This document shows positions 12,281 through 28,039 of a stretch of DNA of 64,000 nt, piece after piece; within the stretch, counting starts at the first letter, position 1, and the number at the start of each line of letters is the position of its first letter. This DNA comes from Auanema rhodensis (Eukaryota > Animalia > Nematoda): positions 4,030,001 through 4,094,000 of the forward strand of contig OZ059894.1 of the NCBI GenBank assembly GCA_964057225.1. The letters are read 5' to 3'. Below the pieces are notes generated by a model. It was not told where the DNA came from, ran no database searches, and worked only from the letters and a program-made list of their open reading frames with translations. Position numbers and translations under genes: made by a program.

Positions 12281-15200
12281 GTCTTTGCCTTGAAAAAAGG
12301 AATCTAAAAACATCTACTTTTTGCTAAATTATTTTGAAATTTTTCAAAAAAATTTTTGTCAAAATGTTTTTGGAAGCAATGTTGAGTGTACATGGAAACT
12401 CAACATACACTAATGCATCATTTTTCAAACGATCATAACTAATTTTTGTATTAAGCGTTCTTCAATGTAGTATAGTGCATTCGATGCGGATTTTTAAGCT
12501 GCGTCGATCTGTGTTATCAGATTTGCGCTAGCTTAAAAATGCACCGAGATATCAACTGATATAAGTTCACACTTATATCCTCGATTTTCACCCTGAAGAA
12601 TTAATTTTTTCGTTGAATAACATTGTCCATCGTCTTTGCCTTGAGAAAAGGAATCTAAAAACATCTACTTTTTGCTAAATTATTTTGAAATTTTTCGAAA
12701 AAATTTTTGTCAAAATGTTTTTGGAAGCAATGTTGAGTGTACATGGAAACTCAACATACACTAATGCATCATTTTTCAAACGATCATAACTAATTTTTGT
12801 ATTAAGCGTTCTTCAATGTAGTATAGTGCATTCGATGCGGATTTTTAAGCTGCGTCGATCTGTGTTATCAGATTTGCGCTAGCTTAAAAATGCACCGAGA
12901 TATCAACTGATATAAGTTCACACTTATATCCTCGATTTTCACCCTGAAGAATTAATTTTTTCGTTGAATAACATTGTCCATCGTCTTTGCCTTGAAAAAA
13001 GGAATTTAAAAACATCTACTTTTTGCTAAATTATTTTGAAATTTTTCGAAAAAATTTTTGTCAAAATGTTTTTGGAAGCAATGTTGAGTGTACATGGAAA
13101 CTCAACATACACTAATGCATCATTTTTCAAACGATCATAACTAATTTTTGTATCAAGTGTTTCTTAATGTAGTATAGTGCATTCGATCCGGATTTTTAAG
13201 CTGCGTCGATCTGTGTTATCAGATTTGCGCTAGCTTAAAAATGCACCGAGATATCAACTGATATAAGTTCACACTTATATCCTCGATTTTCACCCTGAAG
13301 AATTAATTTTTTCGTTGAATAACATTGTCCATCGTCTTTGCCTTGAAAAATGGAATCTAAAAACATCTACTTTTTGCTAAATTATTTTGAAATTTTTCGA
13401 AAAAATTTTTGTCAAAATGTTTTTGGAAGCAATGTTGAGTGTACATGGAAACTCAACATACACTAATGCATCATTTTTCAAACGATCATAACTAATTTTT
13501 GTATTAAGCGTTTCTCAATGTAGTATAATGCATTCGATGCGGATTTTTAAGCTGCGTCGATCTGTGTTATCAGATTTGCGCTAGCTTAAAAATGCACCGA
13601 GATATCAACTGATAGAAGTTCACACTTATATCCTCGATTTTCACCCTGAAGAATTAATTTTTTCGTTGAATAACATTGTCCATCGTCTTTGCCTTGAAAA
13701 ATGGAATCTAAAAACATCTACTTTTTGCTAAATTATTTTGAAATTTTTCGAAAAAATTTTTGTCAAAATGTTTTTGGAAGCAATGTTGAGTGTACATGGA
13801 AACTCAACATACACTAATGCATCATTTTTCAAACGATCATAACTAATTTTTGTATTAAGCGTTCTTCAATGTAGTATAGTGCATTCGATGCGGATTTTTA
13901 AGCTGCGTCGATCTGTGTTATCAGATTTGCGCTAGCTTAAAAATGCACCGAGATATCAACTGATATAAGTTCACACTTATATCCTCGATTTTCACCCTGA
14001 AGAATTAATTTTTTCGTTGAATAACATTGTCCATCGTCTTTGCCTTGAAAAAAGAAATCTAAAAACATCTACTTTTTGCTAAATTATTTTGAAATTTTTC
14101 GAAAAAATTTTTGTCAAAATGTTTTTGGAAGCAATGTTGAGTGTACATGGAAACTCAACATACACTAATGCATCATTTTTCAAACGATCATAACTAATTT
14201 TTGTATCAAGCGTTTCTTAATGTAGTATAGTGCATTCGATCCGGATTTTTAAGCTGCGTCCATCTGTGTTATCAGATTTGCGCTAGCTTAAAAATGCACC
14301 GAGATATCAACTGATATAAGTTCACACTTATATCCTCGATTTTCACCCTGAAGAATTAATTTTTTCGTTGAATAACATTGTCCATCGTCTTTGCCTTGAA
14401 AAAAGGAATCTAAAAACATCTACTTTTTGCTAAATTATTTTGAAATTTTTCAAAAAAATTTTTGTCAAAATGTTTTTGGAAGCAATGTTGAGTGTACATG
14501 GAAACTCAACATACACTAATGCATCATTTTTCAAACGATCATAACTAATTTTTGTATTAAGCGTTCTTCAATGTAGTATAGTGCATTCGATGCGGATTTT
14601 TAAGCTGCGTCGATCTGTGTTATCAGATTTGCGCTAGCTTAAAAATGCACCGAGATATCAACTGATATAAGTTCACACTTATATCCTCGATTTTCACCCT
14701 GAAGAATTAATTTTTTCGTTGAATAACATTGTCCATCGTCTTTGCCTTGAAAAAAGAAATCTAAAAACATCTACTTTTTGCTAAATTATTTTGAAATTTT
14801 TCGAAAAAATTTTTGTCAAAATGTTTTTGGAAGCAATGTTGAGTGTACATGGAAACTCAACATACACTAATGCATCATTTTTCAAACGATCATAACTAAT
14901 TTTTGTATTAAGCGTTCTTCAATGTAGTATAGTGCATTCGATGCGGATTTTTAAGCTGCGTCGATCTGTGTTATCAGATTTGCGCTAGCTTAAAAATGCA
15001 CCGAGATATCAACTGATATAAGTTCACACTTATATCCTCGATTTTCACCCTGAAGAATTAATTTTTTCGTTGAATAACATTGTCCATCGTCTTTGCCTTG
15101 AAAAAAGGAATTTAAAAACATCTACTTTTTGCTAAATTATTTTGAAATTTTTCGAAAAAATTTTTGTCAAAATGTTTTTGGAAGCAATGTTGAGTGTACA

Positions 15201-16492
15201 TGGAAACTCAACATACACTAATGCATCATTTTTCAAACGATCATAACTAATTTTTGTATCAAGCGTTTCTTAATGTAGTATAGTGCATTCGATCCGGATT
15301 TTTAAGCTGCGTCGATCTGTGTTATCAGATTTGCGCTAGCTTAAAAATGCACCGAGATATCAACTGATATAAGTTCACACTTATATCCTCGATTTTCACC
15401 CTGAAGAATTAATTTTTTCGTTGAATAACATTGTCCATCGTTTTTGCCTTGAAAAATGGAATCTAAAAACATCTACTTTTTGCTAAATTATTTTGAAATT
15501 TTTCGAAAAAATTTTTGTCAAAATGTTTTTGGAAGCAATGTTGAGTGTACATGGAAACTCAACATACACTAATGCATCATTTTTCAAACGATCATAACTA
15601 ATTTTTGTATTAAGCGTTTCTCAATGTAGTATAATGCATTCGATGCGGATTTTTAAGCTGCGTCGATCTGTGTTATCAGATTTGCGCTAGCTTGAAAATG
15701 CACCGAGATATCAACTGATAGAAGTTCACACTTATATCCTCGATTTTCACCCTGAAGAATTAATTTTTTCGTTGAATAACATTGTCCATCGTCTTTGCCT
15801 TGAAAAATGGAATCTAAAAACATCTACTTTTTGCTAAATTATTTTGAAATTTTTCGAAAAAATTTTTGTCAAAATGTTTTTGGAAGCAATGTTGAGTGTA
15901 CATGGAAACTCAACATACACTAATGCATCATTTTTCAAACGATCATAACTAATTTTTGTATTAAGCGTTCTTCAATGTAGTATAGTGCATTCGATGCGGA
16001 TTTTTAAGCGGCGTCGATCTGTGTTATCAGATTTGCGCTAGCTTAAAAATGCACCGAGATATCAACTGATATAAGTTCACACTTATATCCTCGATTTTCA
16101 CCCTGAAGAATTAATTTTTTCGTTGAATAACATTGTCCATCGTCTTTGCCTTGAAAAAAGAAATCTAAAAACATCTACTTTTTGCTAAATTATTTTGAAA
16201 TTTTTCGAAAAAATTTTTGTCAAAATGTTTTTGGAAGCAATGTTGAGTGTACATGGAAACTCAACATACACTAATGCATCATTTTTCAAACGATCATAAC
16301 TAATTTTTGTATCAAGCGTTTCTTAATGTAGTATAGTGCATTCGATCCGGATTTTTAAGCTGCGTCCATCTGTGTTATCAGATTTGCGCTAGCTTAAAAA
16401 TGCACCGAGATATCAACTGATATAAGTTCACACTTATATCCTCGATTTTCACCCTGAAGAATTAATTTTTTCGTTGAATAACATTGTCCATC
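12281..16492. repeat. 6-monomer (2106-bp) higher-order tandem duplication, 2 copies
   Basis: Rare variants recur at +2106: TTTTCAAAAA in monomers 12281/14387; TATAATG + GATAGAAG in 13334/15440; AAGAAAT + GTCCATCTG in 14036/16142. Confidence 0.85.
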
Positions 16493-19400
16493 GTCTTTGC
16501 CTTGAAAAATGGAATCTAAAAACATCTACTTTTTGCTAAATTATTTTGAAATTTTTCGAAAAAATTTTTGTCAAAATGTTTTTGGAAGCAATGTTGAGTG
16601 TACATGGAAACTCAACATACACTAATGCATCATTTTTCAAACGATCATAACTTATTTTTGTAACAAGCGTTTCTCAATGTAGTATAGTGCATTCGATGCG
16701 GATTTTTAAGCTGCGTCGATCTGTGTTATCAGATTTGCGCTAGCTTAAAAATGCACCGAGATATCAACTGATATAAGTTCACACTTATATCCTCGATTTT
16801 CACCCTGAAGAATTAATTTTTTCGTTGAATAAGATTGTCCATCGTCTTTGCCTTGAAAAAAGGAATCTAAAAACATCTACTTTTTGCTAAATTATTTTGA
16901 AATTTTTCGAAAAAATTTTTGTCAAAATGTTTTTGGAAGCAATGTTTAGTGTACATGGAAACTCAACATACACTAATGCATCATTTTTCAAACGATCATA
17001 ACTAATTTTTGTATCAAGCGTTTTTTAATGTAGTATAGTGCATTCGATCCGGATTTTTAAGCTGCGTCGATCTGTGTTATCAGATTTGCGCTAGCTTAAA
17101 AATGCACCGAGATATCAACTGATATAAGTTCACACTTATATCCTTGATTTTCACCCTGAAGAATTAATTTTTTCGTTGAATAACATTGTCCATCGTCTTT
17201 GCCTTGAAAAATGGAATCTAAAAACATCTACTTTTTGCTAAATTATTTTGAAATTTTTCGAAAAAATTTTTGTCAAAATGTTTTTGGAAGCAATGTTGAG
17301 TGTACATGGAAACTCAACATACACTAATGCATCATTTTTCAAACGATCATAACTAATTTTTGTATTAAGCGTTTCTCAATGTAGTATAATGCATTCGATG
17401 CGGATTTTTAAGCTGCGTCAATCTGTGTTATCAGATTTGCGCTAGCTTAAAAATGCACCGAGATATCAACTGATAGAAGTTCACACTTATATCCTCGATT
17501 TTCACCCTGAAGAATTAATTTTTTCGTTGAATAACATTGTCCATCGTCTTTGCCTTGAAAAATGGAATCTAAAAACATCTACTTTTTGCTAAATTATTTT
17601 GAAATTTTTCGAAAAAATTTTTGTCAAAATGTTTTTGGAAGCAATGTTGAGTGTACATGGAAACTCAACATACACTAATGCATCATTTTTCAAACGATCA
17701 TAACTAATTTTTGTATTAAGCGTTCTTCAATGTAGTATAGTGCATTCGATGCGGATTTTTAAGCTGCGTCGATCTGTGTTATCAGATTTGCGCTAGCTTA
17801 AAAATGCACCGAGATATCAACTGATATAAGTTCACACTTATATCCTCGATTTTCACCCTGAAGAATTAATTTTTTCGTTGAATAACATTGTCCATCGTCT
17901 TTGCCTTGAAAAAAGAAATCTAAAAACATCTACTTTTTGCTAAATTATTTTGAAATTTTTCGAAAAAATTTTTGTCAAAATGTTTTTGGAAGCAATGTTG
18001 AGTGTACATGGAAACTCAACATACACTAATGCATCATTTTTCAAACGATCATAACTAATTTTTGTATCAAGCGTTTCTTAATGTAGTATAGTGCATTCGA
18101 TCCGGATTTTTAAGCTGCGTCCATCTGTGTTATCAGATTTGCGCTAGCTTAAAAATGCACCGAGATATCAACTGATATAAGTTCACACTTATATCCTCGA
18201 TTTTCACCCTGAAGAATTAATTTTTTCGTTGAATAACATTGTCCATCGTCTTTGCCTTGAAAAATGGAATCTAAAAACATCTACTTTTTGCTAAATTATT
18301 TTGAAATTTTTCGAAAAAATTTTTGTCAAAATGTTTTTGGAAGCAATGTTGAGTGTACATGGAAACTCAACATACACTAATGCATCATTTTTCAAACGAT
18401 CATAACTTATTTTTGTAACAAGCGTTTCTCAATGTAGTATAGTGCATTCGATGCGGATTTTTAAGCTGCGTCGATCTGTGTTATCAGATTTGCGCTAGCT
18501 TAAAAATGCACCGAGATATCAACTGATATAAGTTCACACTTATATCCTCGATTTTCACCCTGAAGAATTAATTTTTTCGTTGAATAACATTGTCCATCGT
18601 CTTTGCCTTGAAAAAAGGAATCTAAAAACATCTACTTTTTGCTAAATTATTTTGAAATTTTTCGAAAAAATTTTTGTCAAAATGTTTTTGGAAGCAATGT
18701 TGAGTGTACATGGAAACTCAACATACACTAATGCATCATTTTTCAAACGATCATAACTAATTTTTGTATCAAGCGTTTTTTAATGTAGTATAGTGCATTC
18801 GATCCGGATTTTTAAGCTGCGTCGATCTGTGTTATCAGATTTGCGCTAGCTTAAAAATGCACCGAGATATCAACTGATATAAGTTCACACTTATATCCTC
18901 GATTTTCACCCTGAAGAATTAATTTTTTCGTTGAATAACATTGTCCATCGTCTTTGCCTTGAAAAAAGGAATCTAAAAACATCTACTTTTTGCTAAATTA
19001 TTTTGAAATTTTTCGAAAAAATTTTTGTCAAAATGTTTTTGGAAGCAATGTTTAGTGTACATGGAAACTCAACATACACTAATGCATCATTTTTCAAACG
19101 ATCATAACTAATTTTTGTATCAAGCGTTTTTTAATGTAGTATAGTGCATTCGATCCGGATTTTTAAGCTGCGTCGATCTGTGTTATCAGATTTGCGCTAG
19201 CTTAAAAATGCACCGAGATATCAACTGATATAAGTTCACACTTATATCCTCGATTTTCACCCTGAAGAATTAATTTTTTCGTTGAATAACATTGTCCATC
19301 GTCTTTGCCTTGAAAAATGGAATCTAAAAACATCTACTTTTTGCTAAATTATTTTGAAATTTTTCGAAAAAATTTTTGTCAAAATGTTTTTGGAAGCAAT

Positions 19401-22400
19401 GTTGAGTGTACATGGAAACTCAACATACACTAATGCATCATTTTTCAAACGATCATAACTTATTTTTGTAACAAGCGTTCTTCAATGTAGTATAGTGCAT
19501 TCGATGCGGATTTTTAAGCTGCGTCGATCTGTGTTATCAGATTTGCGCTAGCTTAAAAATGCACCGAGATATCAACTGATATAAGTTCACACTTATATCC
19601 TCGATTTTCACCCTGAAGAATTAATTTTTTCGTTGAATAACATTGTCCATCGTCTTTGCCTTGAAAAAAGAAATCTAAAAACATCTACTTTTTGCTAAAT
19701 TATTTTGAAATTTTTCGAAAAAATTTTTGTCAAAATGTTTTTGGAAGCAATGTTGAGTGTACATGGAAACTCAACATACACTAATGCATCATTTTTCAAA
19801 CGATCATAACTAATTTTTGTATCAAGCGTTTCTTAATGTAGTATAGTGCATTCGATCCGGATTTTTAAGCTGCGTCCATCTGTGTTATCAGATTTGCGCT
19901 AGCTTAAAAATGCACCGAGATATCAACTGATATAAGTTCACACTTATATCCTCGATTTTCACCCTGAAGAATTAATTTTTTCGTTGAATAACATTGTCCA
20001 TCGTCTTTGCCTTGAAAAATGGAATCTAAAAACATCTACTTTTTGCTAAATTATTTTGAAATTTTTCGAAAAAATTTTTGTCAAAATGTTTTTGGAAGCA
20101 ATGTTGAGTGTACATGGAAACTCAACATACACTAATGCATCATTTTTCAAACGATCATAACTTATTTTTGTAACAAGCGTTTCTCAATGTAGTATAGTGC
20201 ATTCGATGCGGATTTTTAAGCTGCGTCGATCTGTGTTATCAGATTTGCGCTAGCTTAAAAATGCACCGAGATATCAACTGATATAAGTTCACACTTATAT
20301 CCTCGATTTTCACCCTGAAGAATTAATTTTTTCGTTGAATAACATTGTCCATCGTCTTTGCCTTGAAAAAAGGAATCTAAAAACATCTACTTTTTGCTAA
20401 ATTATTTTGAAATTTTTCGAAAAAATTTTTGTCAAAATGTTTTTGGAAGCAATGTTTAGTGTACATGGAAACTCAACATACACTAATGCATCATTTTTCA
20501 AACGATCATAACTAATTTTTGTATCAAGCGTTTTTTAATGTAGTATAGTGCATTCGATCCGGATTTTTAAGCTGCGTCGATCTGTGTTATCAGATTTGCG
20601 CTAGCTTAAAAATGCACCGAGATATCAACTGATATAAGTTCACACTTATATCCTTGATTTTCACCCTGAAGAATTAATTTTTTCGTTGAATAACATTGTC
20701 CATCGTCTTTGCCTTGAAAAATGGAATCTAAAAACATCTACTTTTTGCTAAATTATTTTGAAATTTTTCGAAAAAATTTTTGTCAAAATGTTTTTGGAAG
20801 CAATGTTGAGTGTACATGGAAACTCAACATACACTAATGCATCATTTTTCAAACGATCATAACTAATTTTTGTATTAAGCGTTCTTCAATGTAGTATAGT
20901 GCATTCGATGCGGATTTTTAAGCTGCGTCGATCTGTGTTATCAGATTTGCGCTAGCTTAAAAATGCACCGAGATATCAACTGATATAAGTTCACACTTAT
21001 ATCCTCGATTTTCACCCTGAAGAATTAATTTTTTCGTTGAATAACATTGTCCATCGTCTTTGCCTTGAAAAAAGAAATCTAAAAACATCTACTTTTTGCT
21101 AAATTATTTTGAAATTTTTCGAAAAAATTTTTGTCAAAATGTTTTTGGAAGCAATGTTGAGTGTACATGGAAACTCAACATACACTAATGCATCATTTTT
21201 CAAACGATCATAACTTATTTTTGTAACAAGCGTTCTTCAATGTAGTATAGTGCATTCGATGCGGATTTTTAAGCTGCGTCGATCTGTGTTATCAGATTTG
21301 CGCTAGCTTAAAAATGCACCGAGATATCAACTGATATAAGTTCACACTTATATCCTCGATTTTCACCCTGAAGAATTAATTTTTTCGTTGAATAACATTG
21401 TCCATCGTCTTTGCCTTGAAAAAAGAAATCTAAAAACATCTACTTTTTGCTAAATTATTTTGAAATTTTTCGAAAAAATTTTTGTCAAAATGTTTTTGGA
21501 AGCAATGTTGAGTGTACATGGAAACTCAACATACACTAATGCATCATTTTTCAAACGATCATAACTAATTTTTGTATCAAGCGTTTCTTAATGTAGTATA
21601 GTGCATTCGATCCGGATTTTTAAGCTGCGTCCATCTGTGTTATCAGATTTGCGCTAGCTTAAAAATGCACCGAGATATCAACTGATATAAGTTCACACTT
21701 ATATCCTCGATTTTCACCCTGAAGAATTAATTTTTTCGTTGAATAACATTGTCCATCGTCTTTGCCTTGAAAAATGGAATCTAAAAACATCTACTTTTTG
21801 CTAAATTATTTTGAAATTTTTCGAAAAAATTTTTGTCAAAATGTTTTTGGAAGCAATGTTGAGTGTACATGGAAACTCAACATACACTAATGCATCATTT
21901 TTCAAACGATCATAACTTATTTTTGTAACAAGCGTTTCTCAATGTAGTATAGTGCATTCGATGCGGATTTTTAAGCTGCGTCGATCTGTGTTATCAGATT
22001 TGCGCTAGCTTAAAAATGCACCGAGATATCAACTGATATAAGTTCACACTTATATCCTCGATTTTCACCCTGAAGAATTAATTTTTTCGTTGAATAACAT
22101 TGTCCATCGTCTTTGCCTTGAAAAAAGGAATCTAAAAACATCTACTTTTTGCTAAATTATTTTGAAATTTTTCGAAAAAATTTTTGTCAAAATGTTTTTG
22201 GAAGCAATGTTTAGTGTACATGGAAACTCAACATACACTAATGCATCATTTTTCAAACGATCATAACTAATTTTTGTATCAAGCGTTTTTTAATGTAGTA
22301 TAGTGCATTCGATCCGGATTTTTAAGCTGCGTCGATCTGTGTTATCAGATTTGCGCTAGCTTAAAAATGCACCGAGATATCAACTGATATAAGTTCACAC

Positions 22401-22810
22401 TTATATCCTTGATTTTCACCCTGAAGAATTAATTTTTTCGTTGAATAACATTGTCCATCGTCTTTGCCTTGAAAAATGGAATCTAAAAACATCTACTTTT
22501 TGCTAAATTATTTTGAAATTTTTCGAAAAAATTTTTGTCAAAATGTTTTTGGAAGCAATGTTGAGTGTACATGGAAACTCAACATACACTAATGCATCAT
22601 TTTTCAAACGATCATAACTAATTTTTGTATTAAGCGTTCTTCAATGTAGTATAGTGCATTCGATGCGGATTTTTAAGCTGCGTCGATCTGTGTTATCAGA
22701 TTTGCGCTAGCTTAAAAATGCACCGAGATATCAACTGATATAAGTTCACACTTATATCCTTGATTTTCACCCTGAAGAATTAATTTTTTCGTTGAATAAC
22801 ATTGTCCATC
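15440..22810. repeat. Imperfect 5-monomer (1755-bp) higher-order repeat, ~4 periods
   Basis: G226C marker (GTCCATCTG) at 16367, 18122, 19877, 21632 (spacing 1755). Each is followed by a GTAACAAG monomer (16493, 18248, 20003, 21758) and then a GCGTTTTTT monomer (16844, 18599, 20354, 22109). Confidence 0.85.
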
Positions 22811-25800
22811 GTCTTTGCCTTGAAAAATGGAATCTAAAAACATCTACTTTTTGCTAAATTATTTTGAAATTTTTCGAAAAAATTTTTGTCAAAATGTTTT
22901 TGGAAGCAATGTTGAGTGTACATGGAAACTCAACATACACTAATGCATCATTTTTCAAACGATCATAACTTATTTTTGTAACAAGCGTTTCTCAATGTAG
23001 TATAGTGCATTCGATGCGGATTTTTAAGCTGCGTCGATCTGTGTTATCAGATTTGCGCTAGCTTAAAAATGCACCGAGATATCAACTGATATAAGTTCAC
23101 ACTTATATCCTCGATTTTCACCCTGAAGAATTAATTTTTTCGTTGAATAACATTGTCCATCGTCTTTGCCTTGAAAAAAGGAATCTAAAAACATCTACTT
23201 TTTGCTAAATTATTTTGAAATTTTTCGAAAAAATTTTTGTCAAAATGTTTTTGGAAGCAATGTTGAGTGTACATGGAAACTCAACATACACTAATGCATC
23301 ATTTTTCAAACGATCATAACTAATTTTTGTATTAAGCGTTCTTCAATGTAGTATAGTGCATTCGATGCGGATTTTTAAGCTGCGTCGATCTGTGTTATCA
23401 GATTTGCGCTAGCTTAAAAATGCACCGAGATATCAACTGATATAAGTTCACACTTATATCCTCGATTTTCACCCTGAAGAATTAATTTTTTCGTTGAATA
23501 ACATTGTCCATCGTCTTTGCCTTGAAAAATGGAATCTAAAAACATCTACTTTTTGCTAAATTATTTTGAAATTTTTCGAAAAAATTTTTGTCAAAATGTT
23601 TTTGGAAGCAATGTTGAGTGTACATGGAAACTCAACATACACTAATGCATCATTTTTCAAACGATCATAACTAATTTTTGTATTAAGCGTTTCTCAATGT
23701 AGTATAGTGCATTCGATGCGGATTTTTAAGCTGCGTCGATCTGTGTTATCAGATTTGCGCTAGCTTAAAAATGCACCGAGATATCAACTGATAGAAGTTC
23801 ACACTTATATCCTCGATTTTCACCCTGAAGAATTAATTTTTTCGTTGAATAACATTGTCCATCGTCTTTGCCTTGAAAAATGGAATCTAAAAACATCTAC
23901 TTTTTGCTAAATTATTTTGAAATTTTTCGAAAAAATTTTTGTCAAAATGTTTTTGGAAGCAATGTTGAGTGTACATGGAAACTCAACATACACTAATGCA
24001 TCATTTTTCAAACGATCATAACTAATTTTTGTATTAAGCGTTCTTCAATGTAGTATAGTGCATTCGATGCGGATTTTTAAGCTGCGTCGATCTGTGTTAT
24101 CAGATTTGCGCTAGCTTAAAAATGCACCGAGATATCAACTGATAGAAGTTCACACTTATATCCTCGATTTTCACCCTGAAGAATTAATTTTTTCGTTGAA
24201 TAACATTGTCCATCGTCTTTGCCTTGAAAAATGGAATCTAAAAACATCTACTTTTTGCTGAATTATTTTGAAATTTTTCGAAAAAATTTTTGTCAAAATG
24301 TTTTTGGAAGCAATGTTGAGTGTACATGGAAACTCAACATACACTAATGCATCATTTTTCAAATGATCATAACTAATTTTTGTATTAAGCGTTCTTCAAT
24401 GTAGTATAGTGCATTCGATGCGGATTTTTAAGCTGCGTCGATCTGTGTTATCAGATTTGCGCTAGCTTAAAAATGCACCGAGATATCAACTGATAGAAGT
24501 TCACACTTATATCCTCGATTTTCACCCTGAAGAATTAATTTTTTCGTTGAATAACATTGTCCATCGTCTTTGCCTTGAAAAATGGAATCTAAAAACATCT
24601 ACTTTTTGCTAAATTATTTTGAAATTTTTCGAAAAAATTTTTGTCAAAATGTTTTTGGAAGCAATGTTGAGTGTACATGGAAACTCAACATACACTAATG
24701 CATCATTTTTCAAACGATCATAACTAATTTTTGTATTAAGCGTTCTTCAATGTAGTATAGTGCATTCGATGCGGATTTTTAAGCTGCGTCGATCTGTGTT
24801 ATCAGATTTGCGCTAGCTTAAAAATGCACCGAGATATCAACTGATATAAGTTCACACTTATATCCTCGATTTTCACCCTGAAGAATTAATTTTTTCGTTG
24901 AATAACATTGTCCATCGTCTTTGCCTTGAAAAAAGGAATCTAAAAACATCTACTTTTTGCTAAATTATTTTGAAATTTTTCGAAAAAATTTTTGTCAAAA
25001 TGTTTTTGGAAGCAATGTTGAGTGTACATGGAAACTCAACATACACTAATGCATCATTTTTCAAACGATCATAACTAATTTTTGTATCAAGTGTTTCTCA
25101 ATGTAATATAGTGCATTCGATGCGGATTTTTAAGCTGCGTCGATCTGTGTTATCAGATTTGCGCTAGCTTAAAAATGCACCGAGATATCAACTGATATAA
25201 GTTCACACTTATATCCTCGATTTTCACCCTGAAGAATTAATTTTTTCGTTGAATAACATTGTCCATCGTCTTTGCCTTGAAAAATGGAATCTAAAAACAT
25301 CTACTTTTTGCTAAATTATTTTGAAATTTTTCGAAAAATTTTTTGTCAAAATGTTTTTGGAAGCAATGTTGAGTGTACATGGAAACTCAACATACACTAA
25401 TGCATCATTTTTCTAACGATCATAACTAATTTTTGTATTAAGCTTTTCTCAATGTAGTATAGTGCATTCGATGCGGATTTTTAAGCTGCGTCGATCTGTG
25501 TTATCAGATTTGCGCTAGCTTAAAAATGCACCGAGATATCAACTGATATAAGTTCACACTTATATCCTCGATTTTCACCCTGAAGAATTAATTTTTTCGT
25601 TGAATAACATTGTCCATCGTCTTTGCCTTGAAAAATGGAATCTTAAAACATCTAATTTTTGCTAAATTATTTTGAAATTTTTCGAAAAAATTTTTGTCAA
25701 AATGTTTTTGGAAGCAATGTTGAGTGTACATGGAAACTCAACATACACTAATGCATCATTTTTCAAACGATCATAACTAATTTTTGTATCAAGTGTTTCT

Positions 25801-28039
25801 CAATGTAATATAGTGCATTCGATGCGGATTTTTGAGCTGCGTCGATCTGTGTTATCAGATTTGCGCTAGCTTAAAAATGCACCGAGATATCAACTGATAT
25901 AAGTTCACACTTATATCCTCGATTTTCACCCTGAAGAATTAATTTTTTCGTTGAATAACATTGTCCATCGTCTTTGCCTTGAAAAATGGAATCTAAAAAC
26001 ATCTACTTTTTGCTAAATTATTTTGAAATTTTTCGAAAAAATTTTTGTCAAAATGTTTTTGGAAGCAATGTTGAGTGTACATGGAAACTCAACATACACT
26101 AATGCATCATTTTTCAAACGATCATAACTAATTTTTGTATCAAGTTTTTCTCAATGTAGTATAGTGCATTCGATGCGGATTTTTAAGCTGCGTCGATCTG
26201 TGTTATCAGATTTGCGCTAGCTTAAAAATGCACCGAGATATCAACTGATATAAGTTCACACTTATATCCTCGATTTTCACCCTGAAGAATTAATTTTTTC
26301 GTTGAATAACATTGTTCATCGTCTTTGCCTTGAAAAATGGAATCTTAAAACATCTAATTTTTGCTAAATTATTTTGAAATTTTTCGAAAAAATTTTTGTC
26401 AAAATGTTTTTGGAAGCAATGTTGAGTGTACATGGAAACTCAACATACACTAATGCATCATTTTTCAAACGATCATAACTAATTTTTGTATCAAGTGTTT
26501 CTCAATGTAATATAGTGCATTCGATGCGGATTTTTAAGCTGCGTCGATCTGTGTTATCAGATTTGCGCTAGCTTAAAAATGCACCGAGATATCAACTGAT
26601 ATAAGTTCACACTTATATCCTCGATTTTCACCCTGAAGAATTAATTTTTTCGTTGAATAACATTGTCCATCGTCTTTGCCTTGAAAAATGGAATCTAAAA
26701 ACATCTACTTTTTGCTAAATTATTTTGAAATTTTTCGAAAAAATTTTTGTCAAAATGTTTTTGGAAGCAATGTTGAGTGTACATGGAAACTCAACATACA
26801 CTAATGCATCATTTTTCAAACGATCATAACTAATTTTTGTATCAAGCGTTTTTCAATGTAGTATAGTGCATTCGATGCGGAGTTTTAAGCTGCGTCGATC
26901 TGTGTTATCAGATTTGCGCTAGCTTAAAAATGCACCGAGATATCAACTGATATAAGTTCACACTTATATCCTCGATTTTCACCCTGAAGAATTAATTTTT
27001 TCGTTGAATAACATTGTCCATCGTCTTTGCCTTGAAAAATGGAATCTAAAAACATCTACTTTTTGCTAAATTATTTTGAAATTTTTCGAAAAAATTTTTG
27101 TCAAAATGTTTTTGGAAGCAATGTTGAGTGTACATGGAAACTCAACATACACTAATGCATCATTTTTCAAACGATCATAACTAATTTTTGTATCAAGCGT
27201 TTTTCAATGTAGTATAGTGCATTCGATGCGGAGTTTTAAGCTGCGTCGATCTGTGTTATCAGATTTGCGCTAGCTTAAAAATGCACCGAGATATCAACTG
27301 ATATAAGTTCACACTTATATCCTCGATTTTCACCCTGAAGAAATAATTTTTTCGTTGAATATTATTGTCCATCGTCTTTGCCTTGAAAAATGGAATCTTG
27401 AAACATCTACTTTTTGCTAAATTATTTAGAAATTTTTCGAAAAAATTTTTGTCAAAATGTTTTTGGAAGCAATGTTGAGTGTATATGGAAACTCAACATA
27501 CACTAATGCATCATTTTTCAAACGATCATAACTAATTTTTGTATCAAGTGTTTCTCAATGTAATATAGTGCATTCGATGCGGATTTTTAAGCTGCGTCGA
27601 TCTGTGTTATCAGATTTGCGCTAGCTTAAAAATGCACCGAGATATCAACTGATATAAGTTCACACTTATATCCTCGATTTTCACCCTGAAGAATTAATTT
27701 TTTCGTTGAATAACATTGTCCATCGTCTTTGCCTTGAAAAATGGAATCTAAAAACATCTACTTTTTGCTAAATTATTTTGAAATTTTTCGAAAAAATTTT
27801 TGTCAAAATGTTTTTGGAAGCAATGTTGAGTGTACATGGAAACTCAACATACACTAATGCATCATTTTTCAAACGATCATAACTAATTTTTGTATCAAGC
27901 GTTTTTCAATGTAGTATAGTGCATTCGATGCGGAGTTTTAAGCTGCGTCGATCTGTGTTATCAGATTTGCGCTAGCTTAAAAATGCACCGAGATATCAAC
28001 TGATATAAGTTCACACTTATATCCTCGATTTTCACCCTG

